A DNA stretch of 64,000 bases, taken from Yuukianura sp. NJ FZ-2021 (lineage: Eukaryota). This document shows, in pieces, positions 51,601-64,000 of this stretch. The notes beneath the pieces were generated by a model. That model saw only the letters and a program-made list of their open reading frames with translations. It had not been told where the DNA came from and did not search any database. The stretch is taken from assembly GCA_046563655.1 (NCBI GenBank), contig CM102286.1:8680001-8744000 (forward strand). The letters run 5' to 3'. Position 1 is the stretch's first letter, and each line of letters starts with the position of its first letter. Made by a program: the position numbers and the translations under genes.

Positions 51601-53550
51601 AAATGACTGGCTCCGGCGTTTGTTCCCCAAACAAGAGCCTCGTTAACTGGAAGTGACACCTGGGATTCTTCCTTGTCGGTACAAATCCACTGCGACCAAT
51701 TGCAAGAACGGCATACAACCTTCACTCTGCTGCGCAATCCGGTTTTGATTTCCTACGTTAAATTATCGTGCACAATATCACTCAAGTATTCTATAATTTG
51801 TTCAGCCCATACGAACCTTCTCAAAGGCCAAAGAACAATTAGTACAATTTCCTCCATGACTGGCTGCCATATTCAAGCTTTCCTGCCATGATCCAACCGT
51901 AATTAATCGGCGTCCACCAAGCTGACAACTGGGATCTGAAATATAGAACTACGTTTTGCATCACGTTTCAAAGGTATTTATTTAACTTGTAACATACTGG
52001 TTTCCTCCAACGTTCTTTTAGGTTGGTATGCCTTGGCTCTGCATTTGACGAGATGAAAACGGCGTTTCTTGGAACACCGCACTCGCTTCGTCTGTTTCGC
52101 CATTCTGAAATTAACAATCACATACATAAATCTTTGCAGAAATAATAAATATTAGCATTTGTGAAAACCAGCTAATAAATATATATATATGTATAAAGTA
52201 ACATATTGAATTAGTTAAAGTAATAAATTAGAATTTTTTCTTTTGCTTCTTTGTCCATCTTGATTTTTAGTTCTTGCTTTTTGATCGCCTTTGTCAAGAT
52301 TCTTTGCAGCTTGGTTTCCTTTTTAGTCTGAAAAATATATAATTTTGAATATTTAAGAGTTTTGAATTATTAATAATATAATCTCATATAATAAACGTTA
52401 TAATAATAAGGATAATTTAGTGCAAGGATTAGAATTTTTCTATGATTTTCAATTTCAGATGTTTTGCAACATTTTGCACCATAATCATAATTGCGAAAGT
52501 TTCCCCCCCCATAGTTTTCAAAAAAATTTTGGCATGACTCGTTTTAATATTTTCCACAAAAAAAGCTGTTAAAAGATTAGTGGTTCTCGATAGTTGCAAT
52601 TAAATTTAATGAAATCAACTCACCTTTTGGCAATTCGACTTTTCTGTAGATGATGATGAGAAGGTAGAACTTGATGGCTCCATTTCTTGACGAATCTTCC
52701 GCTGAAACCTGTATACTGAACCCTATACCTGTAATTACTAATAAATAACCTAAAACTTATACTAAACTAAGATAATTAAGTAATTAACTCACCAATTAAT
52801 CAACTTTTCTTCACCAGAAAATCAAATTGCTCCTTTCGTGTCAATGACCTCTACAATTCTGAGCAAAAGTGAGATTTTGGTTGAGGTAAGGTTCAACGAT
52901 AGTCATTGTGCCCACACGGTGAGGCAACCAAGTGTCTTGCTATGGATAGTTGCACCATGTGACAACACCTGTGTTTAATTATTTCTTCATTAATTTACTT
53001 AATCACTTAATTAATTATCACGTTGTAGCTATACAACATAACTCGGCACTGAGCTGGTACAATTAGTATCATTCAACCTTACTGCAACAGAAAATGTTTT
53101 CAAAAGTTTAAAATTTGAATGGGAAGGCGGGAAATCTCATTCCGATGTCTGCTTGATTTCATCAAAAGCATAAACAAACTTTGTCAATTTTTGGGACGCT
53201 GGTAAAATGACCAAGATGGACCCTCAGGATGGACTTAGAAATATGATTAATGGTATCAAAATTTGTGAAAAGCGATTGCGGGGTTTTCTATAGAATAAAA
53301 AGTCAGAAATTGCAGCTCTTAAACCTAAAAAACAATGATTATTCGTAACTACTTTTGCTTTATCGGCTGTAACTTTTAAACGGCTGAACGTATTTAAAGT
53401 TTGATTCTATAGAATACCCCGCCATGCGCTTCCGCAGGTTTTGATACCTTACTTTACTTTCTATGTCGATCCTACGATTTTTAACTGATTTTAGAAAATG
53501 GTGAATTTTCAGTAGTTATCAGACCTCTTCGTTGCCGGATTAACAGAGCC
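48670..53550 (-). mobile_element. Kolobok-like DNA transposon (DDE plus PD-(D/E)XK nuclease type)
   Basis: TTAA TSD (48666-48669 and 53551-53554), GG...CC termini, satellite resuming in register, and a spliced transposase gene inside. Confidence 0.8.
49312..52103 (-). CDS. DDE transposase fused to a YqaJ/lambda-exonuclease-like domain; predicted exons 52103-51998, 51935-51817, 51752-49472, 49406-49312
   Basis: GRRLI..H..C..E..GL.S..C..C zinc motif, VFADGGW (D), C2HC, LIADGDSS (D), ECVNH and NVAESF (E). These are followed by TREQS..W..RITAS, SPDGLI, LEIKCP and WCDFVV. The GT-AG introns keep the frame. Confidence 0.88.
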
Positions 53551-54314
53551 TTAAGATGAATAAAAAGGCAGTTAATTAACATTCTTAATTGCGACTCTCT
53601 ACAAAGAATTCTGACGGTGGCAACATCTCCTTTCATGTCACTTGTACCTTGTTATGAATAGCAGTGGACCTGATACAGCTTTTGTGTAACGGTTTATCGC
53701 AGCCTAAGATTTCGTTCAAAAAAATATTTCTCCACATGTATGAAACGGCATATCATCAAAGTTCTCCACACGACATTTGGCAGCAGCAAGGAATATGTAA
53801 TATTTTACTTGCTAACAACACTCTCTTGTTTCCACTTTATTTCGATAGCAGTTCAAATCTACGGCGTAAGTTGGGCTTCGTAATTTTTTCTTACTTAAAT
53901 TTTGTGCTTAAAATGCATGTCAGTTAAGATGAATAAAAAGGCAGTTAATTAACATTCTTAATTGCGACTCTCTACAAAGAATTCTGACGGTGGCAACATC
54001 TCCTTTCATGTCACTTGTACCTTGTTATGAATAGCAGTGGACCTGATACAGCTTTTGTGTAACGGTTTATCGCAGCCTAAGATTTCGTTCAAAAAAATAT
54101 TTCTCCACATGTATGAAACGGCATATCATCAAAGTTCTCCACACGACATTTTGCAGCAGCAAGGAATATGTAATATTTTACTTGCTAACAACACTCTCTT
54201 GTTTCCACTTTATTTCGATAGCAGTTCAAATCTACGGCGTAAGTTGGGCTTCGTAATTTTTTCTTACTTAAATTTTGTGCTTAAAATGCATGTCAGTTAA
54301 GATGAATAAAAAGG
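53551..54314. repeat. 373-bp satellite array, block 4 (2 monomers)
   Basis: Resumes after TTAA and ends at the gap. Confidence 0.99.
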
Positions 54315-54414
54315 NNNNNNNNNNNNNNNNNNNNNNNNNNNNNNNNNNNNNNNNNNNNNNNNNNNNNNNNNNNNNNNNNNNNNNNNNNNNNNNNNNNNNN
54401 NNNNNNNNNNNNNN
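54315..54414. other. Assembly gap (100 N)
   Basis: Run of exactly 100 N, the usual placeholder for a gap of unknown size. Confidence 0.99.
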
Positions 54415-57400
54415 CTTCTGAAAGCCCATATGAAGTGTTCCAAACTCAATTTTTCTCCGAAAAATCCATTTTTTTCATTTAAAACTCACCAAAAAGTCAT
54501 TCTGGGCTATCTGAGGAGTCAAAATTGCAAACCGAAATTATGCTTCTGAAAGCCCATATGAAGTGTTCCAAACTAAATTTTTCTCCGAAAAATCCATTCT
54601 TTTCATTTAAAACTCACCAAAAAGTCATTCTGGGCTATCTGAGGAGTCAAAATTGCAAACCGAAATTATGCTTCTGAAAGCCCATCTGAAGTGTTCCAAA
54701 CTCAATTTTTCACCAAAAAATCATTTTTTTCATTAAATACTCTTCAAAAAGTCATTCTGGGCTATCTGAGGAGTCAAAATTGCAAACCGAAATTATGCTT
54801 CTGAAAGCCCATATGAAGTGTTCCAAACTCTCAATTTTTCTCCGAAAAATCCATTTTTTTCATTTAAAACTCACCAAAAAGTCATTCTGTGCTATCTGAG
54901 GAGTCAAAATTGCAAACCGAAATTATGCTTCTGAAAGCCCATCTGAAGTGTTCCAAACTCAATTTTTCACCAAAAAATCATTTTTTTTCATTAAATACTC
55001 TTCAAAAAGTCATTCTGGGCTATCTGAGGAGTCAAAATTGCAAACCGAAATTATGCTTCTGAAAGCCCATATGAAGTGTTCCAAACTCAATTTTTCTCCG
55101 AAAAATCCATTTTTTTCATTTAAAACTCACCAAAAAGTCATTCTGGGCTATCTGAGGAGTCAAAATTGCAAACCGAAATTATGCTTCTGAAAGCCCATAT
55201 GAAGTGTTCCAAACTAAATTTTTCTCCGAAAAATCCATTCTTTTCATTTAAAACTCACCAAAAAGTCATTCTGGGCTATCTGAGGAGTCAAAATTGCAAA
55301 CCGAAATTATGCTTCTGAAAGCCCATCTGAAGTGTTCCAAACTCAATTTTTCACCAAAAAATCATTTTTTTTCATTAAATACTCTTCAAAAAGTCATTCT
55401 GGGCTATCTGAGGAGTCAAAATTGCAAACCGAAATTATGCTTCTGAAAGCCCATATGAAGTGTTCCAAACTAAATTTTTCTCCGAAAAATCCATTTTTTT
55501 CATTTAAAACTCACCAAAAAGTCATTCTGGGCTATCTGAGGAGTCAAAATTGCAAACCGAAATTATGCTTCTGAAAGCCCATATGAAGTGTTCCAAACTA
55601 AATTTTTCTCCGAAAAATCCATTCTTTTCATTTAAAACTCACCAAAAAGTCATTCTGGGCTATCTGAGGAGTCAAAATTGCAAACCGAAATTATGCTTCT
55701 GAAAGCCCATCTGAAGTGTTCCAAACTCAATTTTTCACCAAAAAATCATTTTTTTTTCATTAAATACTCTTCAAAAAGTCATTCTGGGCTATCTGAGGAG
55801 TCAAAATTGCAAACCGAAATTATGCTTCTGAAAGCCCATATGAAGTGTTCCAAACTCAATTTTTCTCCGAAAAATCCATTTTTTTCATTTAAAACTCACC
55901 AAAAAGTCATTCTGGGCTATCTGAGGAGTCAAAATTGCAAACCGAAATTATGCTTCTGAAAGCCCATCTGAAGTGTTCCAAACTCAATTTTTCACCAACA
56001 AATCATTTTCTTTTTCATTAAATACTCTTCAAAAAGTCATTCTGGGCTATCTGAGGAGTCAAAATTGCAAACCGAAATTATGCTTCTGAAAGCCCATATG
56101 AAGTGTTCCAAACTCAATTTTTCTCCGAAAAATCCATTTTTTTCATTTAAAACTCACCAAAAAGTCATTCTGGGCTATCTGAGGAGTCAAAATTGCAAAC
56201 CGAAATTATGCTTCTGAAAGCCCATATGAAGTGTTCCAAACTAAATTTTTCTCCGAAAAATCCATTCTTTTCATTTAAAACTCACCAAAAAGTCATTCTG
56301 GGCTATCTGAGGAGTCAAAATTGCAAACCGAAATTATGCTTCTGAAAGCCCATATGAAGTGTTCCAAACTCAATTTTTCTCCGAAAAATCCATTTTTTTC
56401 ATTTAAAACTCACCAAAAAGTCATTCTGGGCTATCTGAGGAGTCAAAATTGCAAACCGAAATTATGCTTCTGAAAGCCCATATGAAGTGTTCCAAACTAA
56501 ATTTTTCTCCGAAAAATCCATTCTTTTCATTTAAAACTCACCAAAAAGTCATTCTGGGCTATCTGAGGAGTCAAAATTGCAAACCGAAATTATGCTTGTG
56601 AAAGCCCATCTGAAGTGTTCCAAGCTCAATTTTTCACCAAAAAATCATTTTTTTTTCATTAAATACTCTTCAAAAAGTCATTCTGGGCTATCTGAGGAGT
56701 CAAAATTGCAAACCGAAATTATGCTTCTGAAAGCCCATCTGAAGTGTTCCAAACTCAATTTTTCTCCGAAAAATCCATTCTTTTCATTTAAAACTCACCA
56801 AAAAGTCATTCTGGGCTATCTGAGGTGTCAAAATTGTAAACCGAAATTATGCTTCTGAAAGCCCATCTGAAGTGTTCCAAACTCACTTTTTCTCCGAAAA
56901 ATCCATTTTTTCATTAAAACTCCCCAAAAAGTCATTCTGGGCTATCTGAGGAGTCAAAATTGCAAACCGAAATTATGCTTCTGAAAGCCCATCTGAAGTG
57001 TTCCAAACTCAATTTTTCTCCGAAAAATTCATTTTTTTTTTCATTTAAAACTCCCCAAAGAGTCATTCTGGGCTATTTGAGATGTCAAAATTGCAAACCG
57101 AAATTATGCTTGTGAAAGCCCGTCTGAAGTGTTCCAAGCTCAATTTTTCACCAAAAAATTTATTTTTTTTCATTTAAAACTCTCCAAAAAGTCATTCTGG
57201 GCTATCTGAGGAGTCGAAATTGCAAACCGAAATTATGCTTCTGAAAGCCCATATGAAGTGTTCCAAACCAAATTTTTCTCCGAAAAATCCATTCTTTTCA
57301 TTTAAAACTCACCAAAAAGTCATTCTGGGCTATCTGAGGAGTCAAAATTGTAAACCGAAATTATGCTTCTGAAAGCCCATCTGAAGTGTTCCAAACTCAC

Positions 57401-60400
57401 TTTTTCTCCGAAAAGTCCATTCTTTTCATTTAAAACTCACCAAAAAGTCATTCTGGGCTATCTGAGGAGTCAAAATTGCAAACCGAAATTATGCTTCTGA
57501 AAGCCCATCTGAAGTGTTCCAAACTCACTTTTTCTCCGAAAAATTCATTTTTTTTCATTTAAAACTCCCCAAAAAGTCATTCTGGGCTATCTGAGGAGTC
57601 AAAATTGCAAACCGAAATTATGCTTCTGAAAGCCCATCTGAAGTGTTCCAAACTCACTTTTTCTCCGAAAAATTCATTTTTTTTTTCATTTAAAACTCCC
57701 CATAAAGTCATTCTGGGCTATCTGAGGAGTCAAAATTGCAAACCGAAGTTATGCTTCTGAAAGCCCATCTGAAGTGTTCCAAACTCACTTTTTCTCCGAA
57801 AAATTCATTTTTTTTCATTTAAAACTCCCCAAAAAGTCATTCTGGGCTATCTGAGGAGTCAAAATTGCAAACCGAAATTATGCTTCTGAAAGCCCATCTG
57901 AAGTGTTCCAATCTCAATTTTTCTCCGAAAAATTCATTTTTTTCATTATAAACTCCTAAAAAAGTCATTCTGGAGTATGTGAGGAGTCAAAATTGCAAAC
58001 CGAAATTATGCTTCTGAAAGCCAATCTGAAGTGAACCAAGCTCAATTTTTCACCAAAAACCTTTTTTTTTCATTTAAAACTCACCATAAAGTCATTCTGG
58101 GCTATCTGAGGAGTCAAAATTGCAAACCGAAATTATGGTTGTGAAAGCCCATCTGAAGTGTTCCAAGCTCAATTTTTCACCAAAAAATCATTTTTTTTTC
58201 ATTAAATACTCTTCAAAAAGTCATTCTGGGCTATCTGAGGAGTCAAAATTGCAAACCGAAATTATGCTTCTGAAAGCCCATATGAAGTGTTCCAAACTCA
58301 CTTTTTCTCCGAAAAGTCCATTCTTTTCATTTAAAACTCACCAAAAAGTCATTCTGGGCTATCTGAGGAGTCAAAATTGCAAACCGAAATTATGCTTCTG
58401 AAAGCCCATCTGAAGTGTTCCAAACTCACTTTTTCTCCGAAAAATTCATTTTTTTTCATTTAAAACTCCCCAAAAAGTCATTCTGGGCTATCTGAGGAGT
58501 CAAAATTGCAAACCGAAATTATGCTTCTGAAAGCCCATCTGAAGTGTTCCAAACTCACTTTTTCTCCGAAAAATTCATTTTTTTCATTTAAAACTCCCCA
58601 TAAAGTCATTCTGGGCTATCTGAGGAGTCAAAATTGCAAACCGAAATTATGCTTCTGAAAGCCCATCTGAAGTGTTCCAAACTCACTTTTTCTCCGAAAA
58701 ATTCATTTTTTTTTCATTTAAAACTCCCCAAAAAGTCATTCTGGGCTATCTGAGGAGTCAAAATTGCAAACCGAAATTATGCTTCTGAAAGCCCATCTGA
58801 AGTGTTCCAAACTCACTTTTTCTCCGAAAAATTCATTTTTTTTTCATTTAAAACTCCCAATAAAGTCATTCTGGGCTATCTGAGGAGTCAAAATTGCAAA
58901 CCGAAATTATGGTTGTGAAAGCTCATCTGAAGTGTTCCAAGCGCAATTTTTCACCAAAGAATCATTTTTTTTTCATTTAAAACTCACCATAAAGTCATTC
59001 TGGGCTATCTGAGGAGTCAAAATTGCAAACCGAAATTATGGTTGTGAAAGCCCATCTGAAGTGTTCCAAGCTCAATTTTTCACCAAAAAATCATTTTTTT
59101 TTCATTAAATACTCTTCAAAAAGTCATTCTGGGCTATCTGAGGAGTCAAAATTGCAAACCGAAATTATGCTTCTGAAAGCCCATATGAAGTGTTCCAAAC
59201 TCAATTTTTCTCCGAAAAATCCATTTTTTTCATTTAAAACTCACCAAAAAGTCATTCTGGGCTATCTGAGGAGTCAAAATTGCAAACCGAAATTATGCTT
59301 CTGAAAGCCCATCTGAAGTGTTCCAAACTCAATTTTTCACCAAAAAATCATTTTTTTTCATTAAATACTCATCAAAAAGTCATTCTGGGCTATCTGAGGA
59401 GTCAAAATTGCAAACCGAAATTATGCTTCTGAAAGCCCATATGAAGTGTTCCAAACTAAATTTTTCTCCGAAAAATCCATTCTTTTCATTTAAAACTCAC
59501 CAAAAAGTCATTCTGGGCTATCTGAGGAGTCAAAATTGCAAACCGAAATTATGGTTGTGAAAGCCCATCTGAAGTGTTCCAAGCTCAATTTTTCACCAAA
59601 AAATCATTTTTTTCATTAAATACTCTTCAAAAAGTCATTCTGGGCTATCTGAGGAGTCAAAATTGCAAACCGAAATTATGCTTCTGAAAGCCCATCTGAA
59701 GTGTTCCAAACTCACTTTTTCTCCGAAAAATCCATTTTTTTCATTTAAAACTCACCAAAAAGTCATTCTGGGCTATCTGAGGAGTCAAAATTGCAAACCG
59801 AAATTATGCTTCTGAAAGCCCATATGAAGTGTTCCAAACTAAATTTTTCTCCGAAAAATCCATTCTTTTCATTTAAAACTCACCAAAAAGTCATTCTGGG
59901 CTATCTGAGGAGTCAAAATTGCAAACCGAAATTATGGTTGTGAAAGCCCATCTGAAGTGTTCCAAGCTCAATTTTTCACCAAAAAATCATTTTTTTCATT
60001 AAATACTCTTCAAAAAGTCATTCTGGGCTATCTGAGGAGTCAAAATTGCAAACCGAAATTATGCTTCTGAAAGCCCATCTGAAGTGTTCCAAACTCAATT
60101 TTTCACCAAAAAATCCATTTTTTTCATTTAAAACTCACCAAAAAGTCATTCTTGGCTATCTGAGGTGTCAAAATTGCAAACCGAAATTACGCTTCTGAAA
60201 GCCCATCTGAAGTGTTCCAAACTCACTTTTTCTCCGAAAAATCCATTTTTTTCATTTAAAACTCCCCAAAAAGTCATTCTGGGCTATCTGAGGAGTCAAA
60301 ATTGCAAACCGAAATTATGCTTCTGAAAGCCCATCTGAAGTGTTCCAAACTCAATTTTTCTCCGAAAAATCCATTTTTTCATTTAAAACTCCCCAAAAAG

Positions 60401-63400
60401 TCATTCTGGGCTATCTGAGGAGTCAAAATTGCAAACCGAAATTATGCTTCTGAAAGCCCATCTGAAGTGTTCCAAACTCACTTTTTCTCCGAAAAATTCA
60501 TTTTTTTTTCATTTAAAACTCCCCATAAAGTCATTCTGGGCTATCTGAGGAGTCAAAATTGCAAACCGAAATTATGCTTCTGAAAGCCCATATGAAGTGT
60601 TCCAAACCAAATTTTTCTCCGAAAAATCCATTTTTTTCATTTAAAACTCCCCAAAAAGTCATTCTGCGCTATCTGAGGAGTCAAAATTGCAAACCGAAAT
60701 TATGCTTCTGAAAGCCCATCTGAAGTGTTCCAAACTCAATTTTTCTCCGAAAAATCCATTTTTTTCATTTAAAACTCACCAAAAAGTCATTCTGGGCTAT
60801 CTGAGGAGTCAAAATTGCAAACCGAAATTATGCTTCTGAAAGCCCATCTGAAGTGTTCCAAACTCAATTTTTCACCAAAAAATCATTTTTTTTTCATTAA
60901 ATACTCTTCAAAAAGTCATTCTGGGCTATCTGAGGAGTCAAAATTGCAAACCGAAATTATGCTTCTGAAAGCCCATATGAAGTGTTCCAAACTCAATTTT
61001 TCTCCGAAAAATCCATTTTTTTCATTTAAAACTCACCAAAAAGTCATTCTGGGCTATCTGAGGAGTCAAAATTGCAAACCGAAATTATGCTTCTGAAAGC
61101 CCATCTGAAGTGTTCCAAACTCAATTTTTCACCAAAAAAATCATTCTTTTTCATTAAATACTCATCAAAAAGTCATTCTGGGCTATCTGAGGAGTCAAAA
61201 TTGCAAACCGAAATTATGCTTCTGAAAGCCCATATGAAGTGTTCCAAACTAAATTTTTCTCCGAAAAATCCATTCTTTTCATTTAAAACTCACCAAAAAG
61301 TCATTCTGGGCTATCTGAGGAGTCAAAATTGCAAACCGAAATTATGCTTGTGAAAGCCCATCTGAAGTGTTCCAAGCTCAATTTTTCACCAAAAAATCAT
61401 TTTTTTCATTAAATACTCTTCAAAAAGTCATTCTGGGCTATCTGAGGAGTCAAAATTGCAAACCGAAATTATGCTTCTGAAAGCCCATCTGAAGTGTTCC
61501 AAACTCACTTTTTCTCCGAAAAATCCATTTTTTTCATTTAAAACTCACCAAAAAGTCATTCTGGGCTATCTGAGGAGTCAAAATTGCAAACCGAAATTAT
61601 GCTTCTGAAAGCCCATATGAAGTGTTCCAAACTAAATTTTTCTCCGAAAAATCCATTCTTTTCATTTAAAACTCACCAAAAAGTCATTCTGGGCTATCTG
61701 AGGAGTCAAAATTGCAAACCGAAATTATGGTTGTGAAAGCCCATCTGAAGTGTTCCAAGCTCAATTTTTCACCAAAAAATCATTTTTTTTTCATTAAATA
61801 CTCTTCAAAAAGTCATTCTGGGCTATCTGAGGAGTCAAAATTGCAAACCGAAATTATGCTTCTGAAAGCCCATATGAAGTGTTCCAAACTCAATTTTTCA
61901 CCAAAAAATCCATTTTTTTTTCATTTAAAACTCACCAAAAAGTCATTCTGGGCTATCTGAGGTGTCAAAATTGTAAACCGAAATTACGCTTCTGAAAGCC
62001 CATCTGAAGTGTTCCAAACTCACTTTTTCTCCGAAAAATCCATTTTTTTCATTTAAAACTCCCCAAAAAGTCATTCTGGGCTATCTGAGGAGTCAAAATT
62101 GCAAACCGAAATTATGCTTCTGAAAGCCCATCTGACGTGTTCCAATCTCAATTTTTCTCCGAAAAATTCATTTTTTTCATTATAAACTCCTAAAAAAGTC
62201 ATTCTGGAGTATGTGAGGAGTCAAAATTGCAAACCGAAATTATGCTTCTGAAAGCCCATCTGAAGTGTTCCAAACTCACTTTTTCTCCGAAAAATCCATT
62301 TTTTTCATTTAAAACTCCCCATAAAGTCATTCTGGGCTATCTGAGGAGTCAAAATTGCAAACCGAAATTATGCTTCTGAAAGCCCATATGAAGTGTTCCA
62401 AACCAAATTTTTCTCCGAAAAATCCATTTTTTTCATTTAAAACTCCCCAAAAAGTCATTCTGGGCTATCTGAGGAGTCAAAATTGCAAACCGAAATTATG
62501 CTTCTGAAAGCCCATCTGAAGTGTTCCAAACTCAATTTTTCTCCGAAAAATCCATTTTTTTCATTTAAAACTCACCAAAAAGTCATTCTGGGCTATCTGA
62601 GGAGTCAAAATTGCAAACCGAAATTACAGGGGGGGGCGTCCTATTTTGGACAGTTAGTTTTTGTCGTAGATCGAGGCGCGCAGTATACTTTTTGTCGGGT
62701 TTTCGATCCTATCGTATCAATGGGTCGCAGATAAGCAAAGTTTAACTTTGTAATTCAGTTAATTAATTCAAAATGGCGGACAAAATGGCCGCCAAACTCG
62801 AAGCTCCCATTATAACTTTTTCCAAAGGCGGATTTTCACTCTAAGGGTACCAGCGACAGTTCAAAACGTTAACTTTTGACGTTACGTCTAGCACAATTCG
62901 TGCCAACATCGGTTACAATCGATTTGGCACGAATTTGAAATTTGTTGATGCTGTGAAGCATTAAAATGTTAAAATAAGAAAAAACTCGAAAAAAGGAAAA
63001 TTCGAAAAGGAAAAAAGGAACATTTGATATTTGAACCGCTGAGTACCCCGGTTGCAGTGTTGCAATGAAAAAAGGGTTGTAACTGTCACCCAGAGGCTCA
63101 GCAAGGTCACCCCGAAGAAGATTTGGAAAAAAAGTGAAAGTAAAGTGAAAGTAACTGACTTCAATGCACCATTACAAACTTTTCGCGTCCAGAATCAAAC
63201 AAAAAATTCAAAATGGTCAATGACCTTGATTAAAAATTTGACCTAAGGTGATGCCCAGCTCGGATATGCATATCAATAGCTCTGTTATCAGTATGGTAAA
63301 TTTTCGCACATTAGCGGCCTCAAAATAAAGGATTATCCAAATCCGTCTTAAGACTTTAGGAAGGGGTTTTGGAAACTCTCCCAGTAAAATGGTTTCAAAT

Positions 63401-64000
63401 GACCCCCTCGAAGGTCAAAATGGTAATCGATGGCGAGAAACTGACACTTCGGATGGTCACTCAAGTGTATTAGGAGCATCTTAAGGCAAAAATATTAGTT
63501 AATATTCGGTAATTACTGCAGCTACAGCGTAAAATATAACTGTCCAAAATAGGATGCCCCCCCCTGTATGCTTCTGAAAGCCCATCTGAAGTGTTCCAAA
63601 CTCAATTTTTCACCAAAAAATCATTTTTTTTTTCATTAAATACTCTTCAAAAAGTCATTCTGGGCTATCTGAGGAGTCAAAATTGCAAACCGAAATTATG
63701 CTTCTGAAAGCCCATATGAAGTGTTCCAAACCAAATTTTTCTCCGAAAAATCCATTTTTTTCATTTAAAACTCCCCAAAAAGTCATTCTGCGCTATCTGA
63801 GGAGTCAAAATTGCAAACCGAAATTATGCTTCTGAAAGCCCATCTGAAGTGTTCCAAACTCAATTTTTCTCCGAAAAATCCATTTTTTTCATTTAAAACT
63901 CACCAAAAAGTCATTCTGGGCTATCTGAGGAGTCAAAATTGCAAACCGAAATTATGCTTCTGAAAGCCCATCTGAAGTGTTCCAAACTCAATTTTTCACC
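54415..64000. repeat. ~128-bp AT-rich satellite with at least two monomer subtypes
   Basis: CTGAAAGCCCAT recurs every 127-130 bp. The subtypes are TTCTCCGAAAAATCC..AAAACTCACC and TTCACCAAAAAATCA..AAATACTCTTC. Confidence 0.99.
62627..63566. mobile_element. Non-autonomous Tc1/mariner-type element (MITE, 940 bp)
   Basis: TA TSD (62625-62626 and 63567-63568); ~30-bp TIR CAGGGGGGGGCRTCCTATTTTGGACAGTTA with one mismatch; no transposase ORF; the satellite resumes in register. Confidence 0.92.

Noticed and set aside
48670..53550. piggyBac assignment from the TTAA TSD
   Set aside because: The termini are GG..CC rather than CC..GG, and the protein lacks piggyBac motifs.
1421..54300. Dozens of 87-aa ORFs (MDLIQLLCNG...) as a tandem gene family
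   Set aside because: They start at GTG, have no recognisable domain, and are freely broken by A-tract indels and stops in many monomers. They are a by-product of the satellite.
1258..54314. CRISPR array or tandem RNA gene cluster (5S, tRNA, snRNA)
   Set aside because: There are no unique spacers, and I recognise no 5S, tRNA or snRNA sequence. An Rfam search would be needed to exclude an unknown ncRNA.
54948..62734. 80-93 aa ORFs in the 128-bp satellite
   Set aside because: They depend on variable T-tract length and are repeat artefacts.

Overview
This window is eukaryotic, probably invertebrate, heterochromatin-like DNA with short GT-AG introns and no evident host genes. A very homogeneous 373-bp satellite array (~80 monomers, 1258-54314) is interrupted by six kinds of insertion. 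These are a full-length BEL/Pao LTR retrotransposon (3540-13082), an apparently intact PIF/Harbinger transposon nested in its integrase (4935-7848), four copies of a ~620-bp solo-LTR-like element at one monomer position, a DINE-1/Helentron-like non-autonomous element, a LOA/Lian-like LINE truncated at its 3' end with ORF2 reading into the satellite, and a TTAA-flanked Kolobok-like transposon encoding a DDE transposase fused to a YqaJ/lambda-exonuclease-like domain. The first 1.26 kb holds an unidentified ORF and a possible element terminus. After a 100-N gap a second, ~128-bp satellite carries a Tc1/mariner-type MITE. The most striking pattern is that six junctions fall in about one quarter of the 373-bp monomer, three of them within 15 bp. 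All family assignments come from reading motifs by eye; no searches were run.
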